Source: Trichomonas gallinae (taxonomy: Eukaryota). From it: a stretch of 47,791 bases of DNA. The stretch lies in assembly GCA_008369845.1 (NCBI GenBank), contig MRSU01007152.1, positions 1 to 47,791 on the forward strand. The letters are read 5' to 3'. A program made the position numbers and the translations under genes. Below are positions 1-10,393 of the stretch, piece by piece. Numbering within the stretch: position 1 is the stretch's first letter; the number at the start of each line of letters is the position of its first letter. Below the pieces are notes generated by a model that searched no databases, was not told the origin of the DNA, and was given only the letters and a program-made list of their open reading frames with translations.

Positions 1-1107
1 ACACAGAATAATCCCATTTTTCGTCGTTAACAAATACAGCAATAGATTTAGGGCTCATGAAGATGACTTTGTGGCTGTTGCTGCCGCACACAGTACCAAA
101 CACTTTCAATTTAGCATGAAGACGCGCAGATTCAATAAGACTACCTATTATCTCATCAAAATATTGCCAATCTATATTAGGAACTCTTGCTTTTAATGCC
201 GCTAAGCATTCGTTAATGTTAGTGACTTTTCTAACACCAGATGTCCTTTGTACAAAGCCATATAAAGTTGGTTCAATTGATGTCAAATTCAACTTTTCTC
301 TCAGTCTTATACTTAACCTGTAAGGCAATGGGCCAAAATGAGATACATGCGGCATTGGATGTGTAGCTGATATAACGGAATCGCAGTGCACCCAATCGTT
401 GTTATTGATATACAAAACATTATCAGCCAAGTCTAACCATGAAAATAATTCTATATTGTATTTCTCCGCTTTGCAATGGAGAATCGTAGATACTTTCAAT
501 AGATCCATTGGCAATGCCATGAGAAGATACAGACAATCTGCAATGAAATGACCAAAGTTGTTAGCATTATCATGAAGTGCAATCGCAGTCATTACGTGCT
601 TGACGACTGGGCCTGGCTTGGAATCGTAGAAATTAAATGGTGCTGTAGCATTTCCTGTATATATAACATTTTTCCCGTCAGAAACAGCTCCAGAGGAGCC
701 AAAAACATAAACATCTCGATAAATTGTAAAAATGCAGTCTATCTCGTTAGTCCATCGCAGAAATTTGGTTTCACCTATATAAGGATGTACAAAAACGTAG
801 TTGTTTCCATATATTGCAGTATGGTCGTGCTGTTGGATTGCATCCATATCTTTTTTGAAGTAGAATGCAACATTAGATCTTGGTGGATCGAGCTTCTGGT
901 TTATATGGATGATCCCGATTGTGTGTTCAGGGCTTGCTTTGATTGTATTTGTTTTATGAATATAATTCAAGACTGTATTGCTATAAATATCAGTGATGAC
1001 GCGTGCATAGCTATTTATATTGGATGAGAATAAGCACTCGCCAAGTATCAATAAGGAAACCGCAGAACTCAATAATTGAAACAATGGAAAAAAAAAATTT
1101 CCAACAT
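1..1107 (-). CDS. Glycosyltransferase family 61 (DUF563)-like protein, 3' partial, with an apparent 1-nt frameshift in a T homopolymer near the start
   Basis: Not in the ORF track because it runs off the window. The minus frame is open from ~1117 to base 1: PLFQLLSSAVSLLILGECLF (hydrophobic anchor)...HDNANNFGHFIADCLYLL...FVQRTSGVRKVTNINE...VFGTVCGSNSHKVIFM. The NxGH, RxxxxRxxxN and GS/GA+FM pattern is typical of GT61. The ATG at 1107 follows an Inr-like TCATA but is out of frame by one base across a run of 10 T. Confidence 0.65.
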
Positions 1108-1955
1108 ATTTTTTCACTTATGATCAGTTGACGCCTTTATTTCATGCTATATAAATGTATAAAGGAACCTGTTGCTCGAAATTCACATATAAAACACTTG
1201 AAAAAATTTTGTGAATTTAAAAGTCAACACCGCAAATTATCTATGAGTACTACTTATAATCCTCTGCTTTATTAGTATTTTAATTGTTTAAATTGTTTTA
1301 GATCGATAAAAATGAAAAAAAAAATATAATGAATATGTATGATATGTACGTTTCAGTTACATGCTATGAATCTTCGAGAGGAACTTTCTTGTTTGATAAC
1401 GCGCTTCAAACTTAGGAACTACACTTTATCAGCACGACAAAAAAAAATAAAACCTCGGTTATTAGACAACCCTACATAGATTAATCATCAGGACAATAAT
1501 ATCCCATTAAATAAGTAATGTTTAGGTTTTTGAGTTAACACAATTTTCTGAGAAAGAAAAAAAAAATAGGATTAAACTCTGAAAAAACAAGATATATATG
1601 GCGATAAAGATGTAGAAACGAAATAATCGAGAAAAAAATGTCGCAGGCAATGTCTTACAAGCATCTCTATGACCATTACGTTCCTTTATTGAAATAGTTT
1701 CAACAATTTTTTTTGTAAAACTATTTTCTGTATCATTTATCTGTAATTCATTAACATATTTCATAGATAGCCGGAGTTATAGTGTAAGAAGCTTCGGGGA
1801 ATCAATTTCTGGTCAACAGCAAGTAAACCTTGTTGTAAGGTTGATCCTATCCATTATTTATATTACCTCAATATCATTTTCATAATGATTAAACTTCATC
1901 AAAATCAATTTAGTCTTCAAAAAATATTGATTAAGTCAAAAAACAAAACAAACAT

Positions 1956-2981
1956 TTAGTTATAAATTGCTGAGGTCATTTTCTTCAATCCTCGTGTCTT
2001 TTGGACCTCAGGTTTAAACATTCCTTGATCCTTAATAATATTTAGTACATTCTCATCAATAATCTTGCATTTGGTGTTGATCCACAAAATGAGCTCCAGG
2101 CTTCTATCCGGATTTTGATATTCTTCTGATACTTTTTTGATCCATGACATTATTTGGGGTCCATTTAAGTTTGTAGTCTCTGATATTTCATGTATTAATT
2201 TGTTTTCTTCGGAAGTAACAGGTTGTGAAAATGCATATTCGATAAACTCTGCCCACCATGGATATCTTGAAATTATGCGTAGACGACTCTTTTGTGCTGC
2301 ACGTTTGGCTCTTCTAGAAGCCTCTTTATATCCGTATTTGTTTAAGTCTGAGTTAAATTGTTTCATTACTCGAGTTCTTCTTTGATTTGCGTGATTTAGA
2401 TTTGCGATGACTTCATTGTGGAATTTCAATGTCATTTTATCTGATTCTATCATTAGTCGCTGAATTCTTTTCGTGATTAAATCTGCTGAATTTAGACGTG
2501 CTGAAAGTTGAGGAGGTCTAACTGGCCTAGCTGTAACAGGAATCACAAAATCAACCTTTTTGATGAGTCCTGCTTTATAATCTTGAGGCAATTCTGCGAT
2601 AACATCACCAATTCCGTCATACTTGAGTTTTTCTTCGAGTAATGGATATTCGACCGGTGTTTCTGGTATAACTTTCATCAGTGGAACTCCACGACGAACT
2701 TGTGCTAGTCTTTGATTTGAAGCTCGTAATTCTTGTTTAAAAGGATTATGAAGTATCTTTACTGGCTTTAAGCACTCGTTTGCATCTAGTTTTTGCAAGA
2801 CTTTGTTAACATCTGGAGTAAAAGTATTACATTCTGGGTCATTTTCGAATATTCTTTCCCTTCTCGGCATCTGTATCGGATCATGCCTATCGGTGATCGA
2901 TTTAGAGTTGGTTAATCCGAACATATCCTTGTAATCTTCATCCAATCTGTCTAACATTTGTATATGATTTTCTAACGTCAT
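1956..2981 (-). CDS. Hypothetical protein, 341 aa
   Basis: Long ORF. The track start is TTG; the first ATG is at 2981 in an AAAATG context. No family recognised. Confidence 0.75.
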   Translation of the reverse strand: MTLENHIQMLDRLDEDYKDMFGLTNSKSITDRHDPIQMPRRERIFENDPECNTFTPDVNKVLQKLDANECLKPVKILHNPFKQELRASNQRLAQVRRGVPLMKVIPETPVEYPLLEEKLKYDGIGDVIAELPQDYKAGLIKKVDFVIPVTARPVRPPQLSARLNSADLITKRIQRLMIESDKMTLKFHNEVIANLNHANQRRTRVMKQFNSDLNKYGYKEASRRAKRAAQKSRLRIISRYPWWAEFIEYAFSQPVTSEENKLIHEISETTNLNGPQIMSWIKKVSEEYQNPDRSLELILWINTKCKIIDENVLNIIKDQGMFKPEVQKTRGLKKMTSAIYN

Positions 2982-3241
2982 TTTGTCAATTTCCAAAATC
3001 TTCTCTAAAATTTACATTTTTCTAAGTGTTTTTTTCATTTTTCCAAAAAATCACATTATTTAAACCATTTCTAAATCACTTAAACATCACATTTTTACAC
3101 ACATTTCCCATAATTATCAATAAAAACACAATAAAATCAATATTTTATGTTTTAATTAAAATTTTTTTCTTGAAATTGAAAAATGAAAACAAATGAATTT
3201 ATCAACTAGTTTATATAACAAATACAATGCGAAATAACTAC

Positions 3242-4495
3242 TCATACGGTGGAAATCTGCGTTAACATGACTCTTCTGTTTGTAAATAACTTTCCTTGAA
3301 TGGTTGTATCAAGCATTTGTGCGACAGAGGCAACCATATACATATCATCTTTTCCAGTCAGGCCTAACATCTCCCATAAATCTCTAACTTTTTCGAATAT
3401 AATGAAAGAAGCTTCACCAACCCATTCATTAGTTATATCTACTGTAGTCCTAGCAATATCAATTAGATTAGAGAGTCTTAGTTGGCATAATCTCTGTCTA
3501 ATGCTCTCTTCACTTTGTGATACCATTAAAACTGTTGCCATTACCCAAGGGGCAGGATTTGTCTTTACAGATAGTTTGTATTTCTTCTTGCAGACACCAA
3601 TAAGTCGCTCTCTCTCGGGGTCATCGGTCACCATTGATGACAATGAATTATAATCTCCGCTTATTGAGGTCTGTTCATCGTAATGCGGCGTCTGAAACAC
3701 AGTTTTATCAGACATTCTGACCCATGTACATGGAAATGGGAAAGAAATCAAAATGTCTTCTGGTGATTGATTTTGGACTTGAACAACCTGTAAATACAGT
3801 CCAGGAATCGGCCTTTTCATGAAATCAAGCGATGAATGGTATAATTTAACAGGCACTGTGAAGTTTGCAAGGAAATAAGCCAAACTTTTCGCTTGAAAAT
3901 AATCAGATGTTTCTATTACGGTGCACATTTGAGTTTCAAAGTGAGAAGTCAGCACATTCATATAGAAAAGCAGATCTGCTGGAAGCTTTTCTAAGCTTGG
4001 AGCCTTAAAAACATGACAACTCACAAATTTGATAAGAGATTCTAATGTTCTAGACATCAATGGATTAATAGACTGCATAGGCTGCTGGAATTTAAGTGCA
4101 TATCGGGCTGAATGCGTGATTTGACGTAAGCAATATTTAATTAATGTCTCTATTTCAGGTGTAATTGTAAGATTTTGAGTCTGATATATGATCGAAAGTG
4201 TGTATATATTGTTATTTTCACCAACTTTTATTTGAAAAATCGAAGAATATGAACTTAATTTGTTTTCGTAGCAATCAACATGTCTAAAAAGTATTATTTT
4301 GAGACTATTATCTTTTTCTGATGACGGAGAGTAATAATTGAGCCTTAATAAAGGTTCCAATAAAATTTCTTTCTTATCTTGACCGTAAAACCATTTCTCT
4401 ATGATAGATACATTCTTTTGGATGTCAAACAATGCCAAAGCAATGGCTACAAATGGACTATCTGAATAGATGAAATTTGTTTCATTATCATTCAT
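3242..4495 (-). CDS. C9orf72-like DENN/longin-related protein
   Basis: Collinear matches to human C9orf72 as recalled: SPFVAIALALFD ~ SPLLAATFAYWD; SSIFQ..NIYTLSIIYQTQNL ~ SLIFD..STYGLSIILPQTEL; FYMNVLTSHFETQMCTVI ~ FLLNAISSHLQTCGCSVV; PGLYLQ ~ SGLFVQ; FPFPCTWV..KTVFQTP ~ APYPTTHI..NTVKQMP. Confidence 0.8.
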   Translation of the reverse strand: MNDNETNFIYSDSPFVAIALALFDIQKNVSIIEKWFYGQDKKEILLEPLLRLNYYSPSSEKDNSLKIILFRHVDCYENKLSSYSSIFQIKVGENNNIYTLSIIYQTQNLTITPEIETLIKYCLRQITHSARYALKFQQPMQSINPLMSRTLESLIKFVSCHVFKAPSLEKLPADLLFYMNVLTSHFETQMCTVIETSDYFQAKSLAYFLANFTVPVKLYHSSLDFMKRPIPGLYLQVVQVQNQSPEDILISFPFPCTWVRMSDKTVFQTPHYDEQTSISGDYNSLSSMVTDDPERERLIGVCKKKYKLSVKTNPAPWVMATVLMVSQSEESIRQRLCQLRLSNLIDIARTTVDITNEWVGEASFIIFEKVRDLWEMLGLTGKDDMYMVASVAQMLDTTIQGKLFTNRRVMLTQISTV

Positions 4496-4661
4496 TGTAC
4501 TTTAATAAAATATGACAAAAATTTATGACAAACATCAACAAAATTGTTTAATTGTTTGTCTAAATCATGAATTTAAGAAATTATTTTGTATATATGAATT
4601 GAATTACATCTAAGAAAAATTTTATTATATTGATTGAATATATAACATTAAAATAATCATA

Positions 4662-5762
4662 TTACTTGCCTGTCTTGATACATGCGACATCTTCATCTTC
4701 AAGGACATGTGAAAGGCCGACGATCTGACCAGGACGCTTGCAGCTTCTACCCCAGACGACAGCACCCTTAAAGTTCTCGACAAGATCCTTGTGGATGGCA
4801 TTGCAGAGGTCACGAACTGTTTGGCCTTTTCTGAGAAGGACAGCTTTGCCAAAGTCAGGCTTATCACCCGGAGGCTTTGTGTAAACGCGGCAAATGTTGA
4901 GTTCGTTGAAGATCTTTTGCTTGATAGATTCGAGACCCAAGTCATAGATGACAGATGTGACGACAGACTTTGGAAGTCTGGCCAAGCGGTCGATTTCTTC
5001 GATTGTGAGTGTGTCAACCTTGTTGTAGACGAACATGGCTGGAATATATCTTAAGTTTTTGACGTTGAAGGCGTCAATGAATCTATCGATTGTGACATCC
5101 TCAGTGATTCTGATGTGGCCAGATCTGAATCTGTTGGCGATGGCCAATGACTTCATCATTTCAAGATCCATGTGTGTTTGTGGGACAGTCCATTCAATGG
5201 AGACACCACCACGAACCATAGGTGTGATTTCGACGTTTGGTGGAGTATCATTTACACGAATACCGAATGAATGAAGTTCGTTTGTAAGAGTTTCAATTTC
5301 AGCGTCTGCCTTAGCAGCGTTAATGACGTAAACGATGAGATCGCAGGAACGGACGACGGCAAGGACTTGCTTACCCTTACCATAGCCTGTTGATGCACCC
5401 TGAAGAATACCTGGAAGATCGAGAAGCTGGATGTCAACACCGTTGACTTGAAGGATACCTGGGACGGCAGTAAGTGTGGTGAAATCATAATCACCAATTT
5501 CAGATTGCTTATCTGTTAATTTACACAAAAGAGATGATTTACCCACAGAGGGGAACCCAAACAGACACACTCGAGCATCACCTGTTCTGGCGACATCAAA
5601 TTGTGGCCCGCCGTCTCCTCCTTTAGATGCTTCTTCAACTAATTGGGCACGAAGCTTAGCAAGCTGTGCCTTGAGGAGACCAAGGTGGCGCTCTGTGGCC
5701 TTGTTGATCTGGGTCCTGCCCATTTCTTTCTCAATGTCGGCAATACGCTCCTGTATACCCAT
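4662..5762 (-). CDS. DRG: Developmentally regulated GTP-binding protein (DRG/Rbg, OBG family; DRG2-like N-terminus) with TGS domain
   Basis: MGIQERIADIEKEMGRTQINKATERHLGLLKAQLAKLR; G1 GFPSVGKS; FTTLT; DLPG; NKVD; C-terminal TGS (VWGRS..GLSHVLEDEDV). First ATG at 5762. Confidence 0.95.
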   Translation of the reverse strand: MGIQERIADIEKEMGRTQINKATERHLGLLKAQLAKLRAQLVEEASKGGDGGPQFDVARTGDARVCLFGFPSVGKSSLLCKLTDKQSEIGDYDFTTLTAVPGILQVNGVDIQLLDLPGILQGASTGYGKGKQVLAVVRSCDLIVYVINAAKADAEIETLTNELHSFGIRVNDTPPNVEITPMVRGGVSIEWTVPQTHMDLEMMKSLAIANRFRSGHIRITEDVTIDRFIDAFNVKNLRYIPAMFVYNKVDTLTIEEIDRLARLPKSVVTSVIYDLGLESIKQKIFNELNICRVYTKPPGDKPDFGKAVLLRKGQTVRDLCNAIHKDLVENFKGAVVWGRSCKRPGQIVGLSHVLEDEDVACIKTGK

Positions 5763-6543
5763 TCCCGACCAAGAAATAATCAAACAGAGTCATTCAATTT
5801 TATTTTTTTTTCTCATCTACATTTTTTTTGCATGAAACTTTTTATCTGTTAACTCTGCTTTCTTACTATATTCTCTATTTATGGCCAAATTTATATGATT
5901 TTTTCAATATTTTTTGGTATTTTTTTGGAAAATCTCTATTTTCTCATTGATTAATAATATTTGATTCATAAGGATGATGTTTTTGTATTCGCTGATATGA
6001 TGTATCCTTATTTGGGGGCGGATTCACTAATGAAGGGGGATTCTTTTTACAAACTTTGTGGGGAGTGCATTTTGATTCAGAAGCAATATTAAAACTTGTA
6101 GTACAAGGAATACTTATGATAAATGTATTATTCATTCCATGAAATATGTGTCTGTCTGAAAGTTGAAATATTAGTATAACAAATGGCCCCTATTTAACAC
6201 ATATCAGTTTTCATGGGTTACTACACCCCTGCTGTAAGATATGTATCATTGGAAATCATATGCAACATTTTTGTCATGTAAATAAATTTGACAAATAAAG
6301 TTTTTTTTCCTTCAAAATGACAATAATTCAAAGAAGATTTCACTTTGAAAACACGTCTATGATGTTTTTATGCATTAGTAGAGTATCAATGCGTGGTTTG
6401 CGCTTATTCTGCCAATATTTTTCAAACATTCAGAAGACAAAACTAATTTTACAAGTTTTGCGAACCATTAATCACAAAATTATGTCCAAAAACTGTGGCT
6501 TAAAAATATCGGTTGTTTGAAGTGGCACTTTTTTCAAATTTAC

Positions 6544-7452
6544 ATGTCCGAGAAAATTAACGCGAAAAATGTTGATTTGACACTTGAAGACTATAAAGAA
6601 TTCCTTTTTACACAAATTGAAACACATACGGACAGATTTGATCAGGAAATCATCGATAATTACAAAAATATCATTGAAAAACTTGCAAATAACACTATTT
6701 TACCGGAATTGACTACAAAAGCAAGAATGCTAAGGGTTGTAAAACTCCTCAGATGCGGAATAGAAAACCTTGCCATCTCCGATGAAATGAAAATCATCAT
6801 TTTCGAAAATTCTGACATTCAAGTCATCTTTGATATCAGATTAAACGGAAAATACTCGATACTTTCGTTTGAAATCACAAATAAATCTTCAAATCCTGTC
6901 AACAAATTCCAAGTAAATATTGAAGACATCCCAGGAATTAAGGTCTTCTCTCAGAATACTGAATGCTCACTAGAGCCAAATGAAACACAGAAGATTGAGC
7001 TGGCAATTCTTATGATTCAGCCGTTATATTCACAAATCAGAATTAATTTCGAAAGCGATAACATTAACGAATTCTTCCCATTGCCTATTTCAATCAGCAA
7101 CTTCTCAACAATCCTCCCAATGGACTTTGAGACGTTCATCCAGAGATGGAATCAATGCAATAACTCAAAGTATCATTCACAGATTGATATCCCATCGCAG
7201 AAGAACTCTGCTCATACACTTGCAGGATTAGTAAATACATCAGTTTCAAGCCCAGGCGCGATTATGGCACTAGAAAACGGAACATACTTTGCTGCCTTTT
7301 CCGTTGAAGTCAACAACAGCTGTAGCGGAGCCCTCGTTAGAATCTTCCAAGAACGTAATGGCATAATTAAAATTCAAGTCAGATCAACTTCCCCAGATGT
7401 TGCTCAGACCATTACCAAGGTTGTTAAGCAATTTTGCGTATTTGACGACTAA
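6544..7452 (+). CDS. Alpha-adaptin (AP-2) appendage/ear-like protein without trunk
   Basis: IIFENSDIQV..FEITNKS resembles the alpha-ear Ig subdomain (VLFENQLLQI..YGNKT). LPISISNF..LPMDFETFIQRWNQ resembles the platform subdomain (LPxxxxKF..M..FFQRWKQ); C-terminal IQVRSTS. First ATG at 6544. Confidence 0.7.
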   Translation: MSEKINAKNVDLTLEDYKEFLFTQIETHTDRFDQEIIDNYKNIIEKLANNTILPELTTKARMLRVVKLLRCGIENLAISDEMKIIIFENSDIQVIFDIRLNGKYSILSFEITNKSSNPVNKFQVNIEDIPGIKVFSQNTECSLEPNETQKIELAILMIQPLYSQIRINFESDNINEFFPLPISISNFSTILPMDFETFIQRWNQCNNSKYHSQIDIPSQKNSAHTLAGLVNTSVSSPGAIMALENGTYFAAFSVEVNNSCSGALVRIFQERNGIIKIQVRSTSPDVAQTITKVVKQFCVFDD

Positions 7453-7733
7453 TTTGTTTATTAATTATATGTTTAAATTATTTCTCATTTAAAATTTAAC
7501 TTTCTTTCTCCATTTTGCTTCTTTCCATGAATGTGATGTTATATCTTATCTAGTTTTACATAAATATCAAATTTAGAATTCCATTAAAAATATAATTGAA
7601 TAATAAAAATCTATAGAGTTCCTTTATTTTACAATACCAAGTGGCCTTTGCATAAACAGAAATTTAGGGCATTTATTGTTGCCTTGAATATTTTTGCGTC
7701 TAATTTTAATTAAATTCAATGCAATTTATACAT

Positions 7734-8030
7734 TTAGGCTTTCATCTTATGAAGCTTAAATTCATGTAAGTACTTTGAGTATAAAAGGTCTAATTTTCTT
7801 CCCTGAATTTCTTCATCTTCTCTTTTTACGACAGATTGACGATATAAAGCTAACTGTGGCTTACAGTATTTATTTAGAACTTCAAGAGAATGAATATAAG
7901 ACTTGTTCGCAAATACTAAAGCGTCAACAGCTTTAGCATCGTTTGGATTTGCATTTACTTTGGCTGATTCATTTGGTGTCAAGTATTTTGCTCCCTTTAA
8001 ACACCATTCAAGATCAAATTCAAACTCCAT
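7734..8030 (-). CDS. Small hypothetical protein, 98 aa
   Basis: ATG at 8030 (MEFEFDLEWC), preceded by an Inr-like TCACT and a TTTTGTCATGTAAA element. Confidence 0.6.
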   Translation of the reverse strand: MEFEFDLEWCLKGAKYLTPNESAKVNANPNDAKAVDALVFANKSYIHSLEVLNKYCKPQLALYRQSVVKREDEEIQGRKLDLLYSKYLHEFKLHKMKA

Positions 8031-8214
8031 TAATATTAAAAGTGACAATACTTTACAAAACACAATTTTATTTTACATGACAAAAATATATAGGCATATA
8101 TTCGCCTTATTTTTATTGTGAAGCTTCGATCTTATGTTGATGCAAGATAAAGTATTTCCTCAAACAACAAGTTTTAATTATATTAACAAAACAATAACAA
8201 CATAGTATAACATA

Positions 8215-9816
8215 TTATGATTCCATCTTTCCTCTACGAACTAATATTTCGTGGAGCTTGACAATTGTTCTCTGCAGATGCTCAGTTTCGATAGGAAGAA
8301 CCCAGCTGCAGCGATCTTCTTGTGTAGCGATCTCATCGCAAGAGAGGATTGGGTATTTAGCAACAACAGATGAGATGCGATGATAGACAGATGCCGTTCT
8401 CGCGAATTTGTTGACTAAAAGGCGGAGCTGCCTGTTTTCTATCTGAGTATCTTGGAACTGCATCGCAACTTGAGAAATTAGAGCAGCAGCGCTTTCGCAT
8501 ATTCCTGGCGGAATCTCAGGGAGAACTAAATCATGGGCCTCTGGGATCTCATCAATTAATTGGAGTAAATCATTATCAACGGCAACAGCTTCCACTCTCA
8601 GGTCTTTCAAAAGCTCAATCAACGGCTGAAGATCGCAGCCACGTGCGTCATCTGCTGCTTCTTTGAGTAATGCGTTCTGCTTCTTGAGCTCCATTATTTC
8701 GTCCTTCATATTCATGACGCTTTCCTGAGCATCAAGGCGCTTCTCCATTTCTTCTCTAACTCTGAGCTGTAGTTCTTTGATGTTGGCGACTTCCACTTTG
8801 CCATTCTTCTGCTTGATGATCTGCTTCTGTGCGCGCGCATTTCTGTCTTCAGCGAGTTTCTGTTTCTCATCAACAAGCACGCGAACATCTTTAGCTAAAT
8901 CTTCCGCCTTCTTCTCTGCTGTTTCCGCACGCTCCTTCAATACACGCTCTTCCTGGCGAACCTTTGAGACAAGTTTCTTCAGGTCGTCGATTTTATTGTT
9001 GAGCTGACGAATCCTTCCTTCTGACTCCATTGCTTTCTCCTGGAAGCCACGCTGCTCGTTGTACAAGTCCTGTATCTGAGCGTCCTTGCCATCAAGGGCC
9101 TGCTTTAATTGAATGATAGCATCACGGAGCTGTTTTCTCTGGCGATGCAATGCAATAACTTTCTGGTTTCTTTTGTCAATCTCTGCTTTGAGTTTCTCGA
9201 TTTCTGCGAGCTCTGTTTTTCCACTCTTTGCTTCACGGAGGGCCTCAACTAGTTCTTCGTTCAGCCTGCGGAATGTGTCACGCTCATGGTTGAGCTTTTC
9301 GCATTGATTTTCGCTCTCTTCGAGTGCTTGATCACTTGCTTCTTTTGCTTCGAGCGCATCTTGCAGCTGCTTCTTCAAATCTTCGAGCTGTTTATCCTTC
9401 TTTATGATTAATTCGTTCTGTAGCTCAAAGGAAGTCTTTGCTGGGCCTTTTGCCTGATTCAATGCATTTAATGTTTCGAGAAATTTCTTGTGTTGTTTTT
9501 CTATCTCGTTTTGTAGTTTTTTGGCTTCATCTGTCTGGAAATTTTGCTGTAACATCTGATCTTTTCGCATTTGTTCAAGCATTTGTCTAAGTTTTTCAAT
9601 AATACTTTCCTTCTTTAGAAGCTCGCTATCTTGCTGATCAAGCGCATCTTGTGCAATTCGTACTTGATCTTCTAAATCATTACATCTTTGTGTCCAAACT
9701 CGCGCCTGTTCGTTTCTTTTTTCTAAAGCATCTGCCAAAAGTCGTAGTTTTTCTTCTGCATCTTTCAAGCGAAGACGCAGGACTCGATTCTCCTCACGAA
9801 TTTCATGAGAATCCAT
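8215..9816 (-). CDS. Coiled-coil protein, 533 aa
   Basis: E/K/Q/L-rich heptads over most of the length, with a non-coiled C-terminal ~130 aa. Confidence 0.85.
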   Translation of the reverse strand: MDSHEIREENRVLRLRLKDAEEKLRLLADALEKRNEQARVWTQRCNDLEDQVRIAQDALDQQDSELLKKESIIEKLRQMLEQMRKDQMLQQNFQTDEAKKLQNEIEKQHKKFLETLNALNQAKGPAKTSFELQNELIIKKDKQLEDLKKQLQDALEAKEASDQALEESENQCEKLNHERDTFRRLNEELVEALREAKSGKTELAEIEKLKAEIDKRNQKVIALHRQRKQLRDAIIQLKQALDGKDAQIQDLYNEQRGFQEKAMESEGRIRQLNNKIDDLKKLVSKVRQEERVLKERAETAEKKAEDLAKDVRVLVDEKQKLAEDRNARAQKQIIKQKNGKVEVANIKELQLRVREEMEKRLDAQESVMNMKDEIMELKKQNALLKEAADDARGCDLQPLIELLKDLRVEAVAVDNDLLQLIDEIPEAHDLVLPEIPPGICESAAALISQVAMQFQDTQIENRQLRLLVNKFARTASVYHRISSVVAKYPILSCDEIATQEDRCSWVLPIETEHLQRTIVKLHEILVRRGKMES

Positions 9817-9865
9817 CGAGATTCTAATTTAGCTAAACGTCTATTGATTCCGTCAAATTTTCGAT

Positions 9866-10320
9866 TTTACATGACAAAAAATATTTTACAAACAAAAATC
9901 AAAATCTCATTTTTTCCAAGTCAGAATTAACTCCCAGGAAAAATGAACACATACGGCAAAACTATTTTAATAAGAGACATACATTCAGATAGTCTAAACA
10001 TCAAAATAGAATATCACCCTTTCATTAATACGACAACCCCTGCTGTCTGCCCTTTTTTCCGCCTGACCCTAATAATCGAGTGAAAATTTTTACATGACAA
10101 AAATAATATTTACAAACAAAAATTGAAATTTCCGTTTTTCGATTCCAAATATGGAATCCCAGGAAAAATGAACTGACACTAGATACATGTTTTAGTCAGA
10201 TGCATATATTTATAATGTTTAACATCAAATAAAAATAACACCTCTTCATTAATATCAATACCACTGCTGTCTGCCCATTTTCCTCTCGACGCTCATAATT
10301 GTGCTATAGAAAAATACTAT
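9866..10320. repeat. Diverged ~224-bp direct tandem duplication (2 units)
   Basis: Identical blocks at a constant offset of 224-225: TCCCAGGAAAAATGAAC (9932, 10157), TTCATTAATA (10021, 10245), CTGCTGTCTGCCC (10040, 10264). Each unit starts with TTTACATGACAAAAA followed by TTTACAAACAAAAAT. Confidence 0.9.
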
Positions 10321-10393
10321 TTTACACGACAAAATTTAATGTAAATAAATTTTACATGACAAAAATAACAACGAAATAAAAGTGACAGATTTT

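Noticed and set aside
548..1027. 159-aa + strand ORF
   Set aside because: Antisense shadow of the GT61-like gene on the minus strand.
1522..1764. 80-aa minus ORF
   Set aside because: AT-rich, Phe-rich translation typical of non-coding DNA; no motif support.
5944..6260. Slightly GC-rich intergenic stretch with a 63-aa minus ORF
   Set aside because: No recognisable motif or clear structure; may be a pseudogene scrap but cannot be supported.
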